Below are positions 50,777 through 59,440 of a stretch of DNA of 64,000 nt, one piece after another. The stretch is taken from contig JBFWNS010000007.1 of the NCBI GenBank assembly GCA_050250935.1, forward strand, positions 32,001-96,000, written 5' to 3'. The DNA comes from Candidatus Margulisiibacteriota bacterium. GTDB taxonomy: Bacteria; Margulisbacteria; Marinamargulisbacteria; JBFWNS01. The position numbers and the translations under genes were made by a program. A model generated the notes under the pieces. The model saw nothing but the letters and a program-made list of their open reading frames with translations, was not told the DNA's origin and did no database searches. Position 1 is the stretch's first letter. The number at the start of each line of letters is the position of its first letter.

Positions 50777-51076
50777 TTATTTGGTTTTAACAGCCAAGAT
50801 GTCGCTTTCGCGAACGATCAAGTATTCGTTGCCATCGATTTTGATTTCTGTGCCGCCGTATTTGGCATAAATCACAACGTCGCCGGCTTTAACATGAAGG
50901 GGAATAACCTTGCCTTCGTCGCTGGTTTTGCCAGGTCCTACGGCCAAAACAGTCCCGCTTTGGGGTTTTTCTTGGGCGGAATCAGGCAGTACGATTCCGG
51001 ATTTAGTTTTTTGTTCAGCAGATTCAGGGGCGATAATCACCCGATCTCCTAGGGGTTTAAGATTAAGTTTGCTCAC
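50777..51076 (-). CDS. groS: Co-chaperonin GroES
   Basis: [23 protein letters not shown]. Confidence 0.99.
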   Translation of the reverse strand: MSKLNLKPLGDRVIIAPESAEQKTKSGIVLPDSAQEKPQSGTVLAVGPGKTSDEGKVIPLHVKAGDVVIYAKYGGTEIKIDGNEYLIVRESDILAVKTK

Positions 51077-51113
51077 TGAGTAAGCCTCCTTTCAGGCGGT
51101 TTGATGTGGAATT

Positions 51114-51140
51114 TTAGCACTCTTATTGGCAGAGTGCTAA
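51114..51140. promoter_or_regulatory. CIRCE element (HrcA operator)
   Basis: Perfect TTAGCACTC-N9-GAGTGCTAA upstream of groES. Confidence 0.97.
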
Positions 51141-51149
51141 TTTTCTCTA

Positions 51150-51178
51150 ATGGTAATGACAGAGGTTTTGGTTGTCAA
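51150..51178 (-). promoter_or_regulatory. Sigma70-type groESL promoter
   Basis: TTGACA-17-TACCAT directly upstream of CIRCE. Confidence 0.75.
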
Positions 51179-51208
51179 CAGTTTCAGCATCCTCTAGAAT
51201 CTTGCTGT

Positions 51209-51298
51209 GCCGTGGTGGTGGAACTGGTAGACACGACGGACTTAAAATCCGTTGCCAATAACACTGGCGTGCCGGTTCGATTCCGGCCCTCGGCACCA
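51209..51298 (+). tRNA. tRNA-Leu(TAA)
   Basis: ACGGA-CTTAAAA-TCCGT anticodon arm, long variable arm, GTTCGATTC, CCA; one T:T acceptor mismatch. Confidence 0.95.
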
Positions 51299-51347
51299 GT
51301 TTCGCAAAGCGAAACTGGTGCTTGATTTGAATCACAAAAATGGAATT

Positions 51348-51668
51348 TTTGTGGGTCGTTAGGTGAAGCAAGTTCACCTAACTCCCGCTGCGCGGCCTCT
51401 GTCCCAGCTTTTTCCAGAGAGAGGATACTCCGTTCCAGAAATAAGTGGGCTAAAAAAATGATTATAAATCGATTGCCAGCGAAGCGAAGCAGTTTCAGAT
51501 TGTATCCACAAACGACAAGCGTTTGTGGGTCGGAATATTGAACCAAGTTCAATCTTCCTCCCGCTGCGCGGCCTCTGTCCCAGTTTTTTCCAGAGAAACG
51601 GTACTCCGTTCCAGAGATAAGTGGGCTAAAAAAATGGATTATAAACCGATTGCCAGCGAAGCGAAGCA
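51348..51668 (+). repeat. Imperfect direct repeat, two ~145-bp copies (period ~176 bp)
   Basis: TCCCGCTGCGCGGCCTCTGTCCCAG...GATTGCCAGCGAAGCGAAGCA at 51383-51491 and 51559-51668. Confidence 0.9.
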
Positions 51669-51868
51669 ATCCCAAACCGCGCTAAGCGTTATGTGTTCAG
51701 CGTTCCCCTCCCACCGGGAGGGGGTAGGGGGTGGGGAACCTTATTAGCGAAATGTCCGAAACCCCATCCAGCCGAAGGCTGCGTGGGTGAGTTTTGAGCG
51801 TAAAGCATAGGTGGGGGGTCCTAGGGGGGCACCTCGCGCAGCGTGGTTCCCACCTAGTCTTACTCGAT

Positions 51869-53263
51869 TTAGGAAATGGAAAGCCCAAACTCCCCAATAA
51901 ATGCCAAATAGTAGGTTTCTAAAGCCTCTAAAATACTGCTTTTTGGGGTTTGCTCTTTATACCCCATCAGCCGCTCCAGGCGTTCGGCTAGGGATACGAA
52001 GGATTGTGGGTCCTTTAACAGGCTCCCTGTGACATATCGTGGCACCAAATACCGCTGTAAATACTCCGGATTGGGATCTGGATGTATATTCAAATACGCG
52101 CGGTTGTAGAGCTGAATCAACGCTGTGTCTTTGGGATCTTTCCGGGCTTCCAGCAAGTGTCGCAGTGTGACGTTATGGCTATTGGGGTCGGCAAGCAAGG
52201 CCAAAATCAAAGGCCGAAGTTGATCGATGCGTTCAAAGCCCAGGTCGTGAATTTGATACTCGATGTCCCAGCTTTTTTTGATTTTCTCAAAATACACAGC
52301 CTCGGTTAGGCCCTTTAAAAATGGTTGATCCAAAGCTGCATCTTTGGTGGTTTCCCAGGCTTTGCTTTCGCTGCTATCCAAAGGATCTAGGTGTAAAAAA
52401 GCCTTGTTGGGATTGAAATATTTAAGGGCTTTAAGAATGGCCTCGTCATCCAAAGCCCCAGATTCTTGGGCGGTTTTAAAGGTGTCGAGGTCCAATAAAA
52501 TCTTGGTTTTAGAGGTCGAAATAATTTTAAGCCAGTACCGATAGACGAAAGGCAAAGGGGCTTGGCCGTTTTGGGGAAAATCCCGAACTTTTTGCTTGCC
52601 CAATTCCAGATTGTCTTGCAAAAACGTATTTACAGGCAGCTTCATGGGCCGAAAATCTGCCAAGGTTGTCCCGAAGGTTTTTTCCAAGGTTTTAACCAAT
52701 TCGATACACAATAAAACGTCGTCTCGGGCATCGTGGGTTTGGGCCTGATCCAGCAACTTAAATTGGGTGGCCAAGGCTTCGAGTGTGAAGCCGAAATAGC
52801 GGTTGCCGTCGTCTTTTGTAACGGTGTGCCAGGGAAATCGATCGGGGTATTCAAAGGCCAAAGCCTGCGAAAAATGCAGCAAGTCCACGTTGTGCAATTT
52901 GCCCCTAAAATAGGGATTTAAGCCGTATCGAATCAGCAAGTTGCGCAAAAAGTTCAGGTCGAATTGGTTGCTGTTAAAGCCCACAAGGTTGCAAATGGGG
53001 GTTCGGTTCAGCTGGTCATTTAGAAAGTTGAAAATCTGTTCGGCAGCTTCCCACTCGGGGATTCCAGTTTGTTGCAAGTTTTCCAGGTTCAGTTGGTTCA
53101 CCACAATGGCTTCGATGTCCGGTAATTGGGTTCGATTCAAGCGAATGGTTCCACAGCATTCGTCCACGGGGTTAAAGTCCCGGTCGGTTACAATGAAGGC
53201 ATAGGATAAAATTTGGCCCAAGAGTTCTCGGGACGAGGTTTCAAAATCGTAGAAAATATACAT
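51869..53263 (-). CDS. DEDDh exonuclease, ExoI/SbcB-like N-terminal domain
   Basis: FYDFETS, GFNS..FD..FLR, L.....HDA..DV. Confidence 0.8.
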   Translation of the reverse strand: MYIFYDFETSSRELLGQILSYAFIVTDRDFNPVDECCGTIRLNRTQLPDIEAIVVNQLNLENLQQTGIPEWEAAEQIFNFLNDQLNRTPICNLVGFNSNQFDLNFLRNLLIRYGLNPYFRGKLHNVDLLHFSQALAFEYPDRFPWHTVTKDDGNRYFGFTLEALATQFKLLDQAQTHDARDDVLLCIELVKTLEKTFGTTLADFRPMKLPVNTFLQDNLELGKQKVRDFPQNGQAPLPFVYRYWLKIISTSKTKILLDLDTFKTAQESGALDDEAILKALKYFNPNKAFLHLDPLDSSESKAWETTKDAALDQPFLKGLTEAVYFEKIKKSWDIEYQIHDLGFERIDQLRPLILALLADPNSHNVTLRHLLEARKDPKDTALIQLYNRAYLNIHPDPNPEYLQRYLVPRYVTGSLLKDPQSFVSLAERLERLMGYKEQTPKSSILEALETYYLAFIGEFGLSIS

Positions 53264-53328
53264 GGTTTGATCGCGTTGTTTGACCGTTTTTGAAGATTTT
53301 CTTTATAGTAGCACAGGTGAATTTAATC

Positions 53329-53405
53329 GTCCTCGTAGCTCAGTAGGATAGAGCGCTGGATTCCTAATCCGGAGGCCATGGGTTCGAATCCCGTCGAGGT
53401 CACCA
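53329..53405 (+). tRNA. tRNA-Arg(CCT)
   Basis: CTGGA-TTCCTAA-TCCGG anticodon arm, GTTCGAATC, CCA; one T:T acceptor mismatch. Confidence 0.95.
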
Positions 53406-53529
53406 CTTTCCTCAAAATTTGGCGATCTTTCGGCTTTCCGCTTTGGTCGATATCGGCTTCCTTCGGAAGGCCCCCTAAGATAACTCCCTTCGCGGAAAAG
53501 CCAAAATCTCATCCAAATTTTGAGGAAAG
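53406..53529. repeat. 17-bp perfect inverted repeat bounding a 124-bp fold-back element
   Basis: CTTTCCTCAAAATTTGG (53406-53422) / CCAAATTTTGAGGAAAG (53513-53529). Confidence 0.85.
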
Positions 53530-53799
53530 ATTTATTTGTGGGTCGTAACTTTGAAGTGAATTCAAAGTTACTCCCGCTGCGCGGCTTGTTCCGTTCTAAA
53601 CGGGGAAGGGGTGGGGGGCTGTTATGGGGCTTGTTGGGGGCTGTTTGGGATTGTTTGGCGTTAATGGAGTCTTGGTGGGGAGGGGGCTGTTTTTTTTTGT
53701 GGAATTGGGGTTTTGGGCTTTTTTTGCTTTAATGACTGCGGCTTGAATAAGCGGTTACTCAAAAATAGTTTCAGTCATCATTAAATTAGGATATTTACC

Positions 53800-54345
53800 A
53801 TGCTTCCCCTTTCCATTGCGTCCTCTGCGTTTTTGACCACGGATCTTCAGCCGCGGTTTGTGAGTCCTTTTTCGGATCAGGCCGAGGTGGGCGCTTATGA
53901 GGCGATTCCGGGGATTCATCAGTTGTTGCGGTTGTTTCGGAATCAGATTCGGCCGGTGTACCATGTTTTGAGAACCCTTGATGGGCCTTTGCCTGCTTTG
54001 TGGTACGAGTTTGCCGAAGAAACCGTGCCTTTGTTTGATCCCGAGGGGCATTTCGAGTTTGTGGGGCCCTATGAATGGATTTATCGGGTGGATGGTTTGG
54101 GGGCCTTTAACGAGGCTTTTGCCACCCATTTAAGACGCTACCATGTGGATACCTTGGTGGTGGCGGGTTGCTGTGTGGATGCGACCTTGGTTCCCGTGGT
54201 TCAAGGCGCTTTGGATGCGGGGTTTAGGGTGGTGGTTTTGGCTGATGCCCTGACGGGCCCCTCCGCCGATACCGCAGCCAACTTGCTTCGCGAACTTCCG
54301 GCAGAATGGGTGGATCTCGAGGAGGCTGTCGCTCTTTTTGAGTAA
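53800..54345 (+). CDS. Isochorismatase-like cysteine hydrolase (divergent)
   Basis: TDLQ..F, AF....L..HLR...VDTLVVAG, A.D.GF.V.VL.DA. Confidence 0.75.
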   Translation: MLPLSIASSAFLTTDLQPRFVSPFSDQAEVGAYEAIPGIHQLLRLFRNQIRPVYHVLRTLDGPLPALWYEFAEETVPLFDPEGHFEFVGPYEWIYRVDGLGAFNEAFATHLRRYHVDTLVVAGCCVDATLVPVVQGALDAGFRVVVLADALTGPSADTAANLLRELPAEWVDLEEAVALFE

Positions 54346-54416
54346 GACATCTTCCCACCTGTCCGGCTTTCCCCTATCATAGATAACATCCATTTCCCGT
54401 TTTAAAGGAGCCGTCT

Positions 54417-55715
54417 ATGCTCGACCAAGATTTACTGTCGCTTAAAGATAGTTTGCTGCAAAATAATTCCATTGACGAGTCCATGTACGATCACTACGAC
54501 GTTAAGCGTGGGTTGCGTAACAAAGACGGCAGTGGGGTGATTGCGGGGTTAACCAAAATCTCGGCTGTTGTTGGCCAAAAGAAAGTCGATGACAAGCAAA
54601 CCCCAGTAGACGGTGTCCTAAAATACCGGGGCTACATGATCGAAGAGCTGATTCGTCGCTTTCCCAAAGGGTCGCGTTATTGTTTTGAAATCACCACCTT
54701 TTTGTTGTTGGCCGGACGATTCCCAACCGAAAAAGAACTCAAAACCTTCATCAAAGACATGTGTGATCATCGGGAATTGTCCCCAGACATTATGAATTAT
54801 GTCATTAAAGGCTTCCCCAGCAAAAACGTGATGAACAAGTTGCAGGTCGGGGTTTCGGCTTTGTATTCGGAAGACGAAAATCCTGATTCTTTGGATGCCA
54901 TGGATAATTTCCATACCAGCCTTAAAATCATTGCCAAATTGCCCAGCATCATCGCGTATTCTTATTTGAATGCCTATAAAGATAACCCCACTTTTGCGGT
55001 TGCGCCCAAAGAGATGTCGGTAGCCGAATCGTTCTTGTTTATGCTGAACGAAGGCAAGCCCGCTACCGAAATGGAAGCGTATATTTTGGATTTGTGCTTG
55101 GTGTTGCATGCCGAACACGGTGGGGGAAACAATTCCACCTTTGCCACCCGGGTGGTTACGTCCAGTGGGTCCGATATCTATTCGTCGTTGACGGCGGGGA
55201 TCGGCAGTTTGAAAGGCCCCTTGCATGGAGCTGCCAATAAAAAAGTAATGGACATGATGGACGACATTAAAGCCAACGTTTCCAAATGGCACGACATGGA
55301 CGAATTGAAAGGGTATTTAACCAAAATTATTCAGAAAAAAGTCGGGGATAAATCCGGAAAATTGTATGGGTTGGGCCATGCGGTTTATACCTTGTCCGAT
55401 CCCCGAGCCTTGTTGGTGAAAGAACACGCCATTAATCTGGCCACTTCCAAAGGCCGCATGAACGAGTTGCAATTGTATTTTGATATCGAACGCGAAGCCC
55501 CAGAATTGTTCAAAGCCATCAAGGGCAGCGATAAAGTGATTGCGCCAAACATCGACTTTTTCACGGGTTTTGTCTACGACTGCTTGGGCATCGATTCGCC
55601 CCTGTACACCTCGATTTTTGCCATGGCCCGCTCGGCTGGTTGGTGCGCCCACCGCATCGAGGAATTGTTGTCGGGTAAGCGGATTATTCGGCCTGGGTAT
55701 AAATATGTTGGATAA
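54417..55715 (+). CDS. gltA: Citrate (or 2-methylcitrate) synthase
   Basis: KRGLRN.DG.GV.AGLT, LHAEHGGGNNSTF, GPLHG.AN, GLGHAVY..SDPRA, N.DFF.G, R..GW.AH..E. Confidence 0.93.
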   Translation: MLDQDLLSLKDSLLQNNSIDESMYDHYDVKRGLRNKDGSGVIAGLTKISAVVGQKKVDDKQTPVDGVLKYRGYMIEELIRRFPKGSRYCFEITTFLLLAGRFPTEKELKTFIKDMCDHRELSPDIMNYVIKGFPSKNVMNKLQVGVSALYSEDENPDSLDAMDNFHTSLKIIAKLPSIIAYSYLNAYKDNPTFAVAPKEMSVAESFLFMLNEGKPATEMEAYILDLCLVLHAEHGGGNNSTFATRVVTSSGSDIYSSLTAGIGSLKGPLHGAANKKVMDMMDDIKANVSKWHDMDELKGYLTKIIQKKVGDKSGKLYGLGHAVYTLSDPRALLVKEHAINLATSKGRMNELQLYFDIEREAPELFKAIKGSDKVIAPNIDFFTGFVYDCLGIDSPLYTSIFAMARSAGWCAHRIEELLSGKRIIRPGYKYVG

Positions 55716-55743
55716 CGGGTAGGCCCGCACAACCCTCAGCCAT

Positions 55744-55779
55744 AAAAAAAGGCCTCTCTAAAAACAGAGAGGCCTTTTT
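55744..55779. terminator. Bidirectional intrinsic terminator
   Basis: AAAAAAAGGCCTCTCT-AAAAAC-AGAGAGGCCTTTTT between convergent genes. Confidence 0.88.
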
Positions 55780-55807
55780 ATTTTATAGATCTTGTGTCGG
55801 TTAGAAA

Positions 55808-56017
55808 CTAAAAACTACTTTCCTCGATGTCGTAATCAAGATCGGTGTCGCTGTCTTCGCGGGCTGGGGCTTCTTGATAATCATAGAGGAGTTGGTTGGA
55901 AGCTTCTTCTTGTTGAAGGGCCAAATCGGACAAAACGATTTCTTCGGTTTTGTCGGAGCAGAGGTGGCAGGCTTGCCAGATCATGCCGTGGATACAGTGG
56001 ATAACTTGTGTGCTCAA
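55808..56017 (-). CDS. Small acidic protein with putative Zn-binding CxH-x6-CxxC
   Basis: SD AAAGGAGG before TTG; extended -10 TGGTATAAT at 56070-56078; terminator downstream. Confidence 0.7.
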   Translation of the reverse strand: MSTQVIHCIHGMIWQACHLCSDKTEEIVLSDLALQQEEASNQLLYDYQEAPAREDSDTDLDYDIEESSF

Positions 56018-56090
56018 GGGGGTACCTCCTTTTATCGGTCGACAGTAGTGGGAATCTGAATAAGCAAATATTATACCATTGCTGTCAAGA

Positions 56091-56570
56091 TCAAGATTGG
56101 GTTTTAACTTCGTCTAAACCCGCTTGAATAATGAACAAGCCACCATGATGATCGCTGAGAACCCAGGTTTCATCCTGGTCGTCGATGCCTAAAAATCCGC
56201 CCAATTGCTTGATGCTGTCTTGGTCGGAAATGGAGGCTTTGAGGTCTTTGAAGCGTTTTTTAATGCGTTCAAGTTCTTCTTTTTCTGCGCCCACCACCAA
56301 GGCCAAATCGACGGACTCGTGAATGCCAAGCGCATGAAGGGCGGCCTGTTGCTCGTGTTGAATATGAACCACTTGGATTTCTTGAAGGGCTTCCATCACA
56401 TTGACATTCAATCCGGGTTGCCGGCTGACTTTGCCAACGGCATCCAAACTGATGTGGAGTAGGCTTAAAATTTCTTTGAGTTCTGGGGTATTAAAATGTT
56501 TGCCAACCGATAAATCGGTGTGTCGAAGCGGGGTGTGTCCAGAAACATTGGGGTTAAACGAGATGCTCAT
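56091..56570 (-). CDS. Hypothetical protein
   Basis: 159-aa ORF overlapping upstream ORF stop; SD AAAGGGGG. Confidence 0.55.
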   Translation of the reverse strand: MSISFNPNVSGHTPLRHTDLSVGKHFNTPELKEILSLLHISLDAVGKVSRQPGLNVNVMEALQEIQVVHIQHEQQAALHALGIHESVDLALVVGAEKEELERIKKRFKDLKASISDQDSIKQLGGFLGIDDQDETWVLSDHHGGLFIIQAGLDEVKTQS

Positions 56571-56872
56571 AAGCGGCCCCCTTTGGGATGAACACTGATG
56601 GTGACCATATCCGATTCGGTGGCGTTTTCCATAAAATAAGCGCCCAAGGCCAGCATGCGCCGTTTGTCTTGGTTCGTGCCTTCTTTGTTGTTTACAAAAA
56701 TTTTGCCGGAATGCCGTTCATACAGATAGGCAATGCCTTTTTCGAAAGGCGGTTTGTGGTAGAGCACAATTTTGTCGTCGTTTTCTGCGTAGATCACCTT
56801 ACTGCCGTCGGGCAGGGTTTTGGTTTCATCGGCAAATTGGACAATTTTGGCTTTGGCTTTTTTGGCGCTCAT
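56567..56872 (-). CDS. Hypothetical protein
   Basis: 101-aa ORF in the same run as folC. Confidence 0.55.
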   Translation of the reverse strand: MSAKKAKAKIVQFADETKTLPDGSKVIYAENDDKIVLYHKPPFEKGIAYLYERHSGKIFVNNKEGTNQDKRRMLALGAYFMENATESDMVTISVHPKGGRL

Positions 56873-56881
56873 TGGCGTTTA

Positions 56882-58066
56882 TCATACCCAATCTTGTTGG
56901 GAAAAACCAGCCGAAACCAGCAGGCCTAGAAAATAAATGGAGCCTGAAATAACCAACAACGGTGCCTTGGGCAGGGAATCGGTTAAAGACCAAGTTTGAA
57001 GGGTTGGGTGCGCTTTTTTAAGCGAGGCATAAGTGTGGGCGTCGGGGGAAAAAGTACAGTAATATACCGGATGGGGCGCCAGTTGATTTAGCATTTGATT
57101 GGCGTTTTTTGTTTTGAGAATCCCGACCAAAAAGGTGGGCGTTTGGGTTGGAAATCGGTCTTGAAGGGCTTTTTGTAGGGCCGAAATGCCAGAGGGGTTG
57201 TGGGCGGCGTCGATGACCAATGTTTGGGTGGGGGTTTGGATTACGGTAAAACGACCCGGGTTTTTGGCCAATGCCAAGCCCGTTTTGGCGGTTTGAAGTT
57301 GGGTTGTGCTGAGTTTTTTTAGCTGAAATAGGGTGTCCAATACTGCGGTTGCCACACCGGCGTTGTCGCGCTGATAGCTGGCGTTGAGGGCATAGTGGGC
57401 AGGCAGAGACGCCAAGGGTTTGGCCAGAATAAAAGGGGCTTGAAGGTGGGTGGCTTGGGCTTGGATCACGCCCAGGGCCGCGGGGTGTTGTCTCAGGGCC
57501 ACCACGGGGATTTTGGGTTTGATGATGCCTGCTTTTTCCCTGGCAATGTCTTGGATGCGGTTCCCCAAAATGGCCTGATGGTCCCATCCAATTCGGGTGA
57601 TGACGGACAAGGTTGGGTGTACCACATTGGTGGCGTCTAAACGGCCTCCGAGGCCTGTTTCGAGAATCACCACATCGGGTTTTTGGTCCCTAAAATACCC
57701 AAAGGCCATGGCGGTTAGGGTTTCGAATTCGGTTAGGGTTTGGGCTTTACTGGCCACTTGGCTGTGATGATGCACAAAGTCGGCTTGGGAAATGGGGGTT
57801 CCGTTTAATCGAATACGCTCGGTATAGTCTATTAAATGGGGCGAGGTGTAGGTGCCGACGTTTAATCCAACAGCCTGGAGGGCTGCCGCCAAAAAAGCTG
57901 TGGTCGAGCCTTTGCCATTCGTGCCGGCAATGTGCAAGACAATGCCGCCTAGTCTATGGGGATTGCCGAGGGCCTTGAGGGCCTGTTTGAAGGGCTCTAA
58001 ATCGTAGCGAATGCCTTTGGATTGAACTTGGGTCGACAAGGCTTCCAAAACCTGGTCATAGGTCAT
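56882..58066 (-). CDS. folC: Folylpolyglutamate synthase/dihydrofolate synthase
   Basis: HIAGTNGKGST, YTSPHL...ERI, TEFE..T, ETGLGGRLDATNV, EKAGI, DAAHNP, GSIY. Confidence 0.95.
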   Translation of the reverse strand: MTYDQVLEALSTQVQSKGIRYDLEPFKQALKALGNPHRLGGIVLHIAGTNGKGSTTAFLAAALQAVGLNVGTYTSPHLIDYTERIRLNGTPISQADFVHHHSQVASKAQTLTEFETLTAMAFGYFRDQKPDVVILETGLGGRLDATNVVHPTLSVITRIGWDHQAILGNRIQDIAREKAGIIKPKIPVVALRQHPAALGVIQAQATHLQAPFILAKPLASLPAHYALNASYQRDNAGVATAVLDTLFQLKKLSTTQLQTAKTGLALAKNPGRFTVIQTPTQTLVIDAAHNPSGISALQKALQDRFPTQTPTFLVGILKTKNANQMLNQLAPHPVYYCTFSPDAHTYASLKKAHPTLQTWSLTDSLPKAPLLVISGSIYFLGLLVSAGFSQQDWV

Positions 58067-58069
58067 GGT

Positions 58070-59431
58070 CTAGTGGGTTAAAAACCAGCGAATGGCGTCT
58101 TGCAGGGTGTTCACGGGAATACAGGTTAAGGTGGTTTTAAGGCCACTGTCTTGGTTTTTTTGAGGAATCATGGCGGCTTCGAACCCCATTTTCTCGAATT
58201 CAATGAGGCGCTTTTGAAGGTTGGGGACGGCACGAATTTCGCCCGTTAGGCCGACTTCGCCGACCAGTCCGATTTTTTTGCTGATGGGTTTGTCGTGCAA
58301 GGACGAAATAATGGCCAGAACCATGGGCAAGTCCAAGGCCGGTTCCGTAATTTTAAGGCCGCCCACGATGTTTAAAATGATGTCTTTGGAGGACAGGGGT
58401 AGATTTAGAATTTTTTCCATGGCGGCGATCATCAGGTTGGCGCGGTTGGCATCGACGCCCAAAAAGGTTCGTTTGGCCATGCCATAGCCCGAGGCCACGA
58501 CCAGCGCTTGAAGCTCGACCAAGATCACCCGACTGCCTTCGGAAACGGCGGCCACCATCGAACCGGGGTTGGTGAGGGTGCTTTCATCAACAAACAGTTC
58601 AGAGGGGTTGCTAACCCCCACCAAGCCGCTTTCTTTCATTTCAAAAATGCCCACTTCTTGGGTAGAAGCATAGCGGTTTTTAAAACAGCGCAGCAGCCGG
58701 AACCGATGGTTGCGTTCCCCTTCAAAATACAAAATCACATCCACCAAATGTTCCAATACTTTCGGGCCGGCTATGCCGCCTTCTTTGGTGACGTGGCCAA
58801 TAAACAGACCAATTAAATGGTGTTCTTTGACCAGTTGAATCAGTTCAACGGCGCATTGGCGAACCTGGTTGATGCTGCCGGCAATCGAGGGGATGTCGGG
58901 GTGAAACACAACCTGGATTGAATCTAGGATAAACACATCGGGCCGTTCTTTAACGATGGTTTTGGCGATATTTAGAATATTAACCTCGGCATAAACCAAT
59001 AAATTCGGAGTGTTGGTGCCCAACCGACGCGAACGCAGCTGAATTTGACTGGCCGATTCTTCGCCGGTGATGTACAGCACTTTATGCCCTCGGGCCGCCA
59101 ATTGTTGGGCCACTTGCAAAGACAACGTGGATTTGCCGATGCCAGGTTCGCCACCCAACAGAACGGCGGCGCCTTTTACCAATCCTTCGCCCAGAACCCG
59201 GTCAAATTCTTCCAAATGGGTGCTGATGCGCTCTTCTTCCAACTGTGGAATGTCGTCGATGGGAATGGGCGCTGCAGCGGCTTTCTTTTTGTGGCCACCG
59301 GCAACCGGAGCTTTGATTTTAAGGGTGGTTTCTTCGACCAGGCTGTTCCAGGCCCCACAATCCGTGCATTTGCCCTGCCAGCGTGGAAACGGCGTGCCAC
59401 ATTGCTGACAAACAAATTGGGATTGAGACAT
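58070..59431 (-). CDS. radA: DNA repair protein RadA/Sms
   Basis: CxxC..W.GKC..CG.WNS, GGEPGIGKSTL, GHVTKEG.IAGP..LEH.VD, KNRY, GEVGL.GE. Confidence 0.97.
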   Translation of the reverse strand: MSQSQFVCQQCGTPFPRWQGKCTDCGAWNSLVEETTLKIKAPVAGGHKKKAAAAPIPIDDIPQLEEERISTHLEEFDRVLGEGLVKGAAVLLGGEPGIGKSTLSLQVAQQLAARGHKVLYITGEESASQIQLRSRRLGTNTPNLLVYAEVNILNIAKTIVKERPDVFILDSIQVVFHPDIPSIAGSINQVRQCAVELIQLVKEHHLIGLFIGHVTKEGGIAGPKVLEHLVDVILYFEGERNHRFRLLRCFKNRYASTQEVGIFEMKESGLVGVSNPSELFVDESTLTNPGSMVAAVSEGSRVILVELQALVVASGYGMAKRTFLGVDANRANLMIAAMEKILNLPLSSKDIILNIVGGLKITEPALDLPMVLAIISSLHDKPISKKIGLVGEVGLTGEIRAVPNLQKRLIEFEKMGFEAAMIPQKNQDSGLKTTLTCIPVNTLQDAIRWFLTH

Positions 59432-59440
59432 GAGGGGCGC

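Noticed and set aside
51348..51668. Possible CRISPR array
   Set aside because: Only two long (~145-bp) units, no 25-45-bp repeat/spacer periodicity and no cas genes
51298..53329. Integrated element between tRNA-Leu and tRNA-Arg carrying the exonuclease
   Set aside because: No integrase and no direct repeat of either tRNA 3' end seen
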